A model generated the notes under the pieces. That model saw only the letters and a list, made by a program, of their open reading frames with translations. It ran no database searches and was not told where the DNA came from. From the NCBI RefSeq assembly GCF_040938485.1, contig NW_027271721.1, forward strand, positions 744,001 to 808,000: 64,000 bases of DNA, written 5' to 3'. The DNA comes from Diadema antillarum (taxonomy: Eukaryota). A program made the position numbers and the translations under genes. Positions 13,401-23,200 of the stretch are shown here, one piece after another (position 1 is the stretch's first letter; each line of letters opens with the position of its first letter).

Positions 13401-14873
13401 TTCTGGCAGGGACGTATTCTGAGACAAGGTTTTGCAAATATTTTGGAGCTGAAAAATGTACTGCTAAGATGTTGTCTCTTTGTAGTGACTAGTCTTGTTA
13501 GGGAACAATTAGAGTGCTACTAGCATTTTACCAAAGGAGCTTTATTTTTTCCATTCATTATTTCAATAATATATCTATTTAGATCTAGTATACCGGGACA
13601 TACTGTAAAAACTTAGCGGAATAGCCTCCACTACACTGGATGAAAATAAGTTGAATTGGTACAATAAATCGTAATGTTAATATGCTTGGATATGGACATG
13701 CAAAGTAATGAAACATCAGAAGAAAAACTGTGGCACATGCTACATGAAATACATTAAAAATTCAGGAGATGTGGGCTGGGTCAGGAGAGATTCTTGGGCA
13801 GAGGGGGAAAAAGAAAAAGAGGATCGAGGAAGATGAAGATGAAGAAGAAGAAGAAGAAGAAGAGGAGGAGGAGGAGGTCGCGGAGGAGGACGAGGAGGAG
13901 GAAGAAATTAAGAAGAAGTAGTCAAGAGCATGGGGCATTTCTTGAAGCATTTTGTCAGATATTTTTCTCTGACAAATTTGCTCTCAGCCAATCAGATGCA
14001 ATGCCTTCAGTAGCTTATAACAGTTTGTCAGAAAATAAAATACCAAATCCAACATATTCTTCATGAAATGCCCCCCCCCCCCCCTTTCTCCTCGGAGGAG
14101 GCTTCTACAAGTACAATAGCTTTTTCATTATAACGCCTAAAGAGATCTGTGTCATTTGATTGTTAGTTTTACATTGATCATTCGGCCCATTTCACTAAGA
14201 CGTCATCATCCATGCAATTGTGGCTCCATTTACCATGCAATTTTTGATCCATACGATTTTGCTCACAACAAGAGCCCCGCACACTACACGTGTAAAACGC
14301 TTGCATGTGCAGTGTGTGTATGCGACAGCGCGCTAGCGTAAAACGCTCAGTGAGCACTCTTGCGATCTCAGATTCTCTAGTTTCTAAATTAAGAAAACAT
14401 AAAATGACAAGGATCTATTTAAGGCGTTATATAAAACAAATGATAAATGTTTTTCATTAGTGCAATGGACAGAATATTTCATTTGGTGAAAGATGGAGAT
14501 GATCCATTCAACGATGCACAGCTGAGTTGAATGGATCTAAAATACATTTCATCTTTCACCAATGGCAAATGAAATATTCTGTCCATTGAACTCTTAAACA
14601 TTCATTATTTGTATACTATCCTACACACACACACGGCGGTGAGCCTTTAATTACAAGCTATGGCCATGTTGATAAATTACACACCTCCCACTGCATAAAC
14701 AACCTCTCCATGTCTGCATCGTTGTAGTCACGGATATCCTTCTTCTTCCACTTCTCAGCTGCATTTTCCTTCTCAGAACCACTTTCTTCCTCTGACTTCT
14801 TGTCCGCGACAGCAAAAGAACCAGCGACGCACAATACTGTGCAAAACACAAGTATCTTGCGTGATCCAACCAT
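10402..14873 (-). CDS. MESD: LRP chaperone MESD, 3 coding exons: 14873-14685, 12374-12142, 10744-10402 (765 nt, 254 aa)
   Basis: The joined translation has a signal-peptide-like N-terminus (MVGSRKILVFCTVLCVAGSFA) and the MESD hallmarks KKKDIRDYNDADMERLFMQWE, KGKTVMMFVTVSGNP and RAIFLLNDGSLAWEMKGFLIQQDRC. The C-terminus is the ER-retention-like KTEL. All introns are GT-AG with consistent phases (0, 2). Confidence 0.95.
11225..11752. mobile_element. Tc1/mariner-pogo-like MITE (528 bp) in MESD intron 2
   Basis: TIR CAGTGCACTCCCGTTA(C/T)AACG, a TA duplication on both sides, and about 10 subterminal (C/G)GTTATAACG-like motifs. Confidence 0.85.
11998..12112. repeat. CCTAA(C)-rich fragment resembling a Helentron-associated (HINE/DINE-like) element end
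   Basis: Degenerate AACCCT/AACCT repeats followed by GAGGCAATTGTCACAGGAGCA. The family assignment is from recall, not a search. Confidence 0.4.
13035..13495 (-). mobile_element. 5'-truncated L2/CR1-group LINE 3' end in MESD intron 1
   Basis: Minus-strand translation is APKYLQNLVSEYVPARNLRS...(frameshift) AFVSAVPSLWNALPLRIRSAETIETFKKLLKSYMF, a typical L2/CR1 ORF2 C-terminus. The 3' end has a GCGCC..GGCGC stem and a (TTA)n tail. Confidence 0.8.
13826..13916 (+). repeat. (GAA/GAG)n purine-rich compound microsatellite in MESD intron 1
   Basis: Near-pure purine triplet run. Confidence 0.85.
14130..14615. mobile_element. Unclassified non-autonomous element with an inverted-repeat pair followed by a long foldback
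   Basis: Inverted repeat 14130-14157 / 14402-14430, then a ~190-bp imperfect palindrome centred on CCATTCAACGATGCACAGCTGAGTTGAATGG. A decayed inverted relative lies at about 51860-51915. Confidence 0.6.
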
Positions 14874-15290
14874 CGTAGCTAGCAGAATCGACAAAAACAC
14901 GAAATTTCCGTGGTACACAGGCACGTAGTGTTAACTATTTGTGAAGTATCGGTGGTCGTCGATCTCTGAAATAAATGGAATTCAAAGCTAGCTATCTAGC
15001 GATTGTACGAGACCTAGAACTCGTAAGCAAACTGTGCTTTCAGTACCGTATCTGAAACACACGTGTGTTTACCGAGTGTGTGTGTTTTTCAGTTTCGTCT
15101 TCCTATTCCACATGCAACGCGATAAATACTATACGTGTTGTGTGTATGTGTGGATTGAGGGCTATGCCATGTGTGCGTTGATTATTGGCCAATCGACGGA
15201 GTGTTATGCACAGTGCGTGCCACAACCACAGAACTCTTACACATAGAAGAATCACTCGCCACCCGTTTTGTCGCCGTCGCTCGACTCATT

Positions 15291-15312
15291 GTCACGTGAC
15301 GTCCGCCATTTT
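15291..15312. promoter_or_regulatory. Promoter motif cluster between MESD and the THAP-like exon: GTCACGTGAC E-box palindrome, overlapping TGACGTC, YY1-type CGCCATTTT
   Basis: Exact GTCACGTGAC at 15291-15300 and CGCCATTTT at 15304-15312, in a CpG-rich patch about 420 nt upstream of the MESD ATG. Confidence 0.55.
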
Positions 15313-15423
15313 GGTTAGCGGAACTTTTTTGCGTGCAAATCCCAGCAGACGCTATCCACACACAGTGACTGCATGTTGTACCGTGTTTTTCTGACGTTCC
15401 GAGACCCTGAGCGAGGCATTAAA

Positions 15424-15482
15424 ATGCCATATTGTGCGGCTGTAAACTGCACAAATCACTTGACAAAAGAATTTGGAAACAG
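15424..15482 (+). CDS. Putative first coding exon of a THAP-domain protein (MPYCAAVNCTNHLTKEFGN, phase-2 donor); downstream exons not found
   Basis: The ATG is in an AAAATG context and gives the M-P-x-C-x3-C-x-N pattern typical of THAP N-termini. It is followed by a consensus AG|GTAAGT donor at 15483 and lies about 110 nt downstream of a CpG-rich promoter motif cluster. Confidence 0.55.
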
Positions 15483-15989
15483 GTAAGTTTGACACCAAGC
15501 CATGATGAGAATAACAAGTAAATTAATTCTCCAAGTAACGTTACAATTAGGCGGATCAGTCGTATGTTGGCTTTCTTGTGAGCGCAGTAGCAAAGGTAGT
15601 CCCAGACACTGGATTTTGTGTTTGCCGTCGACATATCTGTTTACCACCAACTATACTAGTACTAGATTTAGTACTATGCAAAATAAAAAAGATCAAGTAG
15701 GCCTAATTTAGGCCCTGGGGCTATATTACACTCTGTACGTTGTGTGATGGGGCAAACAGCTTTGTACATGAAAAAAGTGTAAATTTATGTAAATTTGAGC
15801 TTAGGTGTAGACTTTACACGTAGATTTATTCTTGTCTAGCTAGAGTCACAGTACCAGTGGTGGGCCAGTGTCAGTGTCAGTGACAACACTACAGTCGTTT
15901 AGATACTAGATTGTCTAGACTGACTGTGTACTCTAGTATTAAAGTAACCCCGGGACATTGCTTTCGCAATATGCAATATTTGTCATACA

Positions 15990-17070
15990 TGTATTTGCGA
16001 GACTTGTCTTGCCTACATATTGTTGCCACGTTAACATTTCATACTATAGTATAGTATGTTTTGACACTCATAAGGAATTCATTTTGAATTGTGCTTGAAG
16101 CGAACAAGTGCAAGTGAAATCTTGGATTATACAGTATTGCCTTTGATATTTTTTTTTATATTCTTGCCAGTGTCCATTATTCATGGTTTTATTTTGCTGC
16201 CATATTGTATGCTAAGTGATTGTACATGCATGTGCTTTCATGATATACAATACATGTAGTTGTCTTATTTGTGACACTCGTTTTGCCTACATGTACATAC
16301 TTTGAGATACAGTGTAGTATGTTTTCACACTCTTTAGATTTCACATTGAATTTCGTTTGAAGCAAACGGGTGCGTGTGAAATCTTGCATTATACAGATGT
16401 TCACGTATTGCCTTTAGTTGATATTGTTATGCCAAGAATGCATTTGATATTCTTGCCCGACAGTGTTCATTGTTTATGGATTTTATGTTGTTGCTATATT
16501 GCATGATAGTTGATTATACAGGCATTTGCTTTCGTGATATACAACATTTGTTGTATATCTGTGATACTTGTTTTGCTTACATGTTGTTACCAAATTATGT
16601 TTTCATACTACACAGTGTATGGGATAGTGTTTGTTAAACTCATTACTAAGGATTTAATTTTGAATCATGCTGAGCTAAGTACAAGTGAAATCTTACATTT
16701 ACAAATGTATTGCCTTTAATACTGTTGCCAGGAATGCCTTTGGTGTTCTTTTCAGTGTTCATAATTCGTAGATTTATATTGCCATAGTGCATGCGGATCA
16801 ACACATTATGTTTTCATACTATACCATAGTGCGTTTTTACACTCATTAGGATTTTCTTTTTGAATCTCGCTTGAAGCTATCAAGGGCAAGTGAAATTGTG
16901 CACTATATTGATGTATTGCCTTAGATAATCTTGCCAGACAGTGTTCATTATTCATGAATTTTATGTTGTTGCCCTATTGCGTGTCCATTATAGATGTATA
17001 TGCATTTGATTTTGTGATTACAATAGTTGTCACAAATTTGCGACACTGGTGGTCTTGCCTATCATTTGCA
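15990..17070 (+). repeat. Degenerate tandem array, about 4 units of roughly 200-310 bp
   Basis: Recurrent anchors (CAA/GT)GTGAAAT(C/T)(T/G)TG near 16110, 16375, 16682 and 16887, each followed by GTATTGCCTT and CAGTGTTCAT-like blocks. Confidence 0.7.
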
Positions 17071-17291
17071 TAATATGTTCCTGACGCATGTACTGCCTGT
17101 GATTATAGCCGCCGTATTAGGTATGATAATGGTACGTGTACTTCAAGCAAATGGTATATCACTGTACTGTGGTTGATTTTCAGCAATCAACTTTGACCTT
17201 GATAAATGTCAAATAAATTTTAAAAAATCAGGAAAATTAACTCTGTCCAACTTAACTTTCTGTTTTTTTGTGGGAAGACAATCTTGAAAGG

Positions 17292-17557
17292 NNNNNNNNN
17301 NNNNNNNNNNNNNNNNNNNNNNNNNNNNNNNNNNNNNNNNNNNNNNNNNNNNNNNNNNNNNNNNNNNNNNNNNNNNNNNNNNNNNNNNNNNNNNNNNNNN
17401 NNNNNNNNNNNNNNNNNNNNNNNNNNNNNNNNNNNNNNNNNNNNNNNNNNNNNNNNNNNNNNNNNNNNNNNNNNNNNNNNNNNNNNNNNNNNNNNNNNNN
17501 NNNNNNNNNNNNNNNNNNNNNNNNNNNNNNNNNNNNNNNNNNNNNNNNNNNNNNNNN
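17292..17557. other. Assembly gap (266 N)
   Basis: Run of N; the true size and the contiguity across it are unknown. Confidence 0.99.
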
Positions 17558-17590
17558 ATGTTAGTGCAGCAATATCATGATATCAAAAGT

Positions 17591-17747
17591 AAAACAGAAA
17601 CCAAGTTCATGTTGATCACCAACAATTTATTTACAGCACACAAATATTTGAGCGATTCGCTCTTTCTCAAGTGTTGTTGCAAATCGCTCAAAAATTGGTG
17701 TGGTGAAGTAAATTGTCGGTGATTAGCATGAACTCGATTTCTGTTTT
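17591..17747. repeat. ~157-bp foldback palindrome beside the assembly gap
   Basis: AAAACAGAAACCAAGTTCATGTTGATCACCAACAATTTA pairs with TAAATTGTCGGTGATTAGCATGAACTCGATTTCTGTTTT; the inner TTTGAGCGATT / AATCGCTCAAA also pair. Confidence 0.75.
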
Positions 17748-18339
17748 ATTTCATGTATACAGATATACAGTGTATATATGCCTATAGGCATATTGCTTCC
17801 TATACCAATATGTGCAATAGTGGTAACTACATTGTACTACACACTACAAATGATAATGATAACAGCAGGAATATAGATAATTAAGGTGATGTTGTCTTCC
17901 AAATTTCTAATATGTTAAACGAGTGTCAGATGAGGAAGATGTATTACATGATCATATCCACAAATCATTGATTTTAACAACTGGACTGACTGGAAATTTA
18001 ATTTGACCTGTTTAATGGGAGAAAAATCAAAAGCACGAACACACATCTTCTTACAATATCATTGGAGGGAAAAAAATGCAAGACATAGGGTTGAGAGGGG
18101 TATCAGAAAATACAGACAAGGACAGGCGCGCGTCTTAGATTATTTTATACCAAAGCAGATCACGTCTCCGAAGTCAAATAGATCATCCGAAAGGGGAAAA
18201 AAACACCTGTTTCAATACAGGCAACTTTCAGGGAAGAGTGTGAAATAAATAACATAAATGAGTACATGAATCTGTGGTCAACGCTGGATTGAGAAGTACC
18301 AGTTTGACAGTTTACAAGTTCAAGTAAATATCAAGGGCT

Positions 18340-18540
18340 ATAGAGCGGATGTCCGATCAGTGAGTTGACCGTACCGTACTCGCGAGGAGCTGCGGAGGTA
18401 CCGCTAAGCAACATGGCGGCGTGTGCACTGAGGCGTCGCATCCGGGGTGCGCGGTGGCGACACCGAGCTCAGCGGGTTGTGAATGGGTGTGATTCTTCTA
18501 TGTGTAAGAGTTCTGTGGCCACAACCCGCGCAAAATCGAA
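18340..18540. promoter_or_regulatory. Orphan CpG-rich promoter-like patch with YY1-type AACATGGCGGCG and a candidate first exon
   Basis: Sharp GC/CpG island in AT-rich DNA. ATG at 18413 gives MAACALRRRIRGARWRHRAQRVVNGCDSSM, with a T|GTAAGA donor at 18504. TCAGT initiator-like motifs occur on both strands. Confidence 0.45.
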
Positions 18541-19131
18541 TACAGGGCCTATATAATATACATGTACTAGTAATACATGTAGTATATTGTAATACATTGC
18601 TGTAGATGAATATTCCTGTTTGAAAAACAAAATTTAGTTGAATAGTGCATTACATGTATGATCATTTTTGTGCAGTGTGACCTTCCAGACTTGTAAGACT
18701 TTCCTTGTTTCACTGCATTGCTCTTCAGACAAATCACCTTTTAAATGACTTGGTATTTTCGTTCTGTGATTTTAAGGGCATTTACTTTCCCAATGTGACC
18801 ATGCAGCTGTTGATCTGGTACAATTCAATACAATGTTGATTGTTTCAATCTCTGCTTTTATTAAATAGAGCAATTTTGAAATAACACGAGGCCTACAAAT
18901 GATTGGGCAGAAAAACTTGAATCATAAAACCAAAATTTGGGATTGCAATAACCTCTAGCAATAATGGCCAGTCATCTCAGCTGATATGTTTATGTGTAGG
19001 GCTATGTATGGTTTCAGCTAGCCGTTGTCACATTTCTGCCATTAGCATGTGAAACATAACGGGTACATATTTTTTCATTGTCCAATTTCTGTGAAAACCC
19101 TCCCGTGGTTGTGATGTTACTCGTCAGTTAA

Positions 19132-20263
19132 GGGGAATGGCCCAGACTAATATGTGGATTGAGTGAATGATGCAGTAATGATTAGAACATAATGCAGAAG
19201 TGAAAGTTTGAGGCAAATTGGATAATCCCTTCAAAAGTTAAGAATTTTGAAAGTTTTAGTGCTGCCATCGCTGGTGAAAAGACTACAGTTCATGTCAAAT
19301 ATGGAACACAATATAAAGGACCTATATGGCGAAGCAATCAAAGGACAAGTTCACCTTCATAAACATAAGGATTGAGAGAATGTAGCAATATTAGTAGAAC
19401 ACATCATTGAAAGTTTTAGGGAAATCAGACAATCCGTTCAAAGGTTATGAATTTTTGAAGTTTTTGTGCAGTACCCGCTGGATGTGAAGACTACTGCAGT
19501 GTATGAATAACTTAGATGTCACATGCGTACAACAATATAAGGAAAATATAAAGAGAATTTCACAAAATTCCATGTTTTGAAAAAAGTACACATTCCCCTG
19601 ACTCGTTACCGATAAATGTTATGGGTAATATTATTCCTCCTGCCTTTAGAAAGAGGTAAGTCAATTGCTCTTTTATTATGCGAAAAAAGTGAAAATATGT
19701 TGAATTTTCTTTTATATTTTCTTTATACTGTTGTACGCATATGACTCACAAGCTGTAGTAGTCTCCTCATCCAGCGGTTCCAACACAAAAATGTAAAAAA
19801 TTCATAACTTTTGCATCGATTGTCCAATTTTCCTCAAACTTTCACTGATGTGTTCTACTAATATTGTTGCATTTTCTCAATCCTTATGTTTATGAAGGTG
19901 AACTTGTCCTTTAATACATGTATATTTTTTTTCACTTTTCTAGCACAATGAAAGAGCACTTGACTTGCCTCTTTCAGAAAGCAGGGGAAATAGTATTACC
20001 CTGAACATGTCAGTAATTGGTCAAGGGAATGTGTGCTTTTCATTTTTTTTTTAATGAAATTTTGCAAATTTTTCTTTATATCCTCCTGTCCATATGATCT
20101 GTGCACAGTAGTCTGCAGTAGTCTTCTCATCCATGGTGGTACCAAACCTTTAACATTTCATAACTTTTCAGATATTGTCTAATTTTTCTTAAACTGTCAG
20201 TGATGTGTTTGACAAATATTGTGTCATTCACTAAATCCATATATATTTTGTGTTTCACTCCCT
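19132..20263 (-). mobile_element. Older, diverged member of the same Kolobok-like MITE family, interrupted by the young copy
   Basis: TTAA at 19128-19131 and 20264-20267. Its ends resemble the family TIRs, and 19920-20080 is a diverged reverse complement of the internal part of the young copy. Confidence 0.7.
19342..19910 (+). mobile_element. Young 569-bp TTAA-targeting MITE (Kolobok-like, AGG..CCT termini), copy 1
   Basis: Long TIRs AGGACAAGTTCACCTTCATAAACATAAGGATTGAGA.., flanked by TCAA and TTAA. It is near-identical to 55687-56255. Confidence 0.85.
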
Positions 20264-23200
20264 TTAAATTCATCACCTGTTACATCTAGCAAGGTGAAAG
20301 TACAGCCACACCTTCATGAAAATCCATATAATGGAAAAATTTTGCATTTAATTTAGATTCAAAATCATCTTTTGCCTTTTAAATTTCAGTGTATCATTAA
20401 AATCATATAGTATTCATTGGTAGGCAGTGATTCCATGAAACTGATTGAATCAGATACTCAACTAAATGAGTACAACTTATACAAGAAAAAGATTGAAATT
20501 TCCTTCATAAAAAGCAGTTACAGCAGTTTTGGGGACATGTGAGATGATGATAGTTTTTGTTTGTTTTGGGTTTTTTTTTTCATACATGATAACATCACTT
20601 CCTCTACAGTCAATGTGAATATGCCCACCTGCTAACTGCATGCTATCCTAGGTAATGCAATTATTGGGTTATGATATCTGTCTTGATAGCACTGATGCCA
20701 AATATTTGTGAAGAGAAAATCCAGTCCTACCCAACTTGTCTGGAGTGTGAAAATTGGAATACACAGTCCGATAGTCCCAACAGATTTGACATCTAACAAG
20801 AATCCACACCTACATTAGTATCACCACATTTACACACACCACTTTGTTGTAAAAACACATATCACACATATCACACATGCACACACACACACACACACCA
20901 TCACATTTTCTCTAAACAGCATAATATCCACCATCATTGAAGGAATGACTCTTGAAAGAGATAATCATTTGTACACCTGCCATAAACAGATTATATTTTA
21001 ATGTTGACAATATTTTCCATCCTCCGTCGTTTGTGGCAAAATAGTATTTTTTATTCTCTTGTAAAAAATATCCCACAATACACTGAATGCAGACTGGGCT
21101 GCACTTCCTCATTCTCCATTAACATATATTACAAAAATGAAACAAAGACATGATAAACACACAGATATAACAATTTTATAAACAGTCAAGTACATTTCTA
21201 ACATAGAATATCTTCGAAGAAAATTTTGCCTATAGACTATTTTAAGAGCAAATCGTCTTCTGTGTTCTCACTCGTACAATTAATTCTGACGTGGATGCCT
21301 TGTGTTAGAGAGAAATAATGTTGGTCGGCACTGATTTGCTGGCCTCTGATTTGTCTAGCACTCAACATCTGTATTTAACTTTTCTGCCAGGAGGTCGATG
21401 GAGACCAACATTACTGTGTATTTGGAATATTTCGCAGTGTTTCTATTTTTGCAATTTAGCAAGTTGACTGATATTTGCAAGATTAACAGCTTGCCAAAAT
21501 ATCACTTCCCCTAACACAAATGCACTGTATATTGTCTCCTGAAAAGGGATGAATTGTATTTCTCATTGTCACTGCAGTTCTTGATCACAAATTCCACCAC
21601 TCACAAAACTGTCTTTCAAGTCCTGAGTTCTCTGAGTTCTCTTCTAGAGTGAAGGGTTTCTGTTGGACATGACCAAAAGAAGACGGGGAAAGGGGGGCAC
21701 TGTGCAGTTATACTACAGTATATATTTCATCTGAGGGAACTGACACATACATACCTTCAGAAACACATTTTCTTCGATTGCTATAATGAGGCAAGCAGCT
21801 GAGTAGGGTATGGTAGTCATGTGGTACAGTGGTAGTCATGTACTACATGTACTAAATTTGCGCAATATAGGTTACAACAATGACATTGCAGCTACATGTA
21901 AAGTTTAGTGAATAAGTCGGAATTGTGGACACCAATCCATATATGCAACCCCTACTTGCAGGATCACAATTACTTCAAGGCTAACAAGACAGTCTCCAGG
22001 CCACAAAAATGAAGGACGAATGAATAAATCAAAAATTAAATTTACAATAGATCACTACCTACAAGTAGCACCCGTTTCCTTATCCTCTGGCTAACAAATA
22101 TTGTGATGTGGCATCATAAGAATGAGTCAATGAAGGGCTCCCTCATCCCCCATCAATGAGAAGGTAGACAGGCTCAAGCTTAAGGGGTTCTAATGCACAT
22201 GACTGGATCATTGCTTATCAATACGAAATTCAGCCTATTTAAAGACCACTTTTTAAAAGATAAAGTGTCTTCCACAATGAGTACATAAATTTGCTCAAAC
22301 ATATTCATGTTTCAGATGGATTCTGCTGCTGGTAAAAAGTTCCAAGTACAAACTAGGAAATAAGTATGAATATGAGTACTTTATGATTCTGAATGGCTAT
22401 GTTCACTTTCATGTCATTTGGTACACATATGTACATAATGTGACAAAACAAAAACAAACTATAGCATGTAATATAGTCAGTGAAATTTGTTTCAGATATA
22501 CTTTTCTGTAATTGCATATGTCTGTTATTCAATTTGCTAATGTCCCACTTCAACCTGGCCTAGAACCTACTCATATCAACGTTCCTCTCACAAAAACTGG
22601 AGACAATACTGAAGAGAGTTCTTGTATATGTCAGAAACCAACATCATTTACATACGCTACTACTTAGATGTCATTTTAAAGTTGCTGCACTTGTTCTACA
22701 TTACATCAGAACACTATCAAGTTTATCAATGCAATGGTAACTATTATCAAGTATAATTTGCGTACCAAATGCAATTAGACCTGAGAATATTCACAAGAAA
22801 TCTTTTCATCTACACATAGAGAATTGTATGAGTTACCTGTACTCAGTTCCATAAAGACATTGTCACATCACCCAAAATGCATACATAAACAAACATACAT
22901 TTTTAAAATCAACAGTTAGTTGGCAAAATTCACATGAATCAGTAGAGGTTGAGAAGTTCCATAAGACCTGGAAAACAGTTACAAAATGCTGAATACTTTA
23001 AGTGCATAGCATTTACAACAAGTTTCCTACTTAGCCAGCATAGCATGACTGTGATATGTAGCTACTGCCATATATCCTACAGGAGATCTTTTCAAATTGT
23101 GGTATTCTGCAATGCTACAACAAAGCTCACCTTTAAACCACCAATGTGTCCAGAGTGTGTTAATTTTTTTTGTGTATCAATTACAATATACTTAACGATG

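Noticed and set aside
13794-14066. Poly-Glu or poly-Arg/Lys reading of the purine tract
   Set aside because: It is a microsatellite inside MESD intron 1, with no ATG or convincing exon context.
18676-18692. Micro-exon (S)VTFQT as the THAP continuation
   Set aside because: The phase is compatible and it has AG/GT ends, but similarity to the THAP xFHxFP motif is weak and no following W or CSxHF exon was found.
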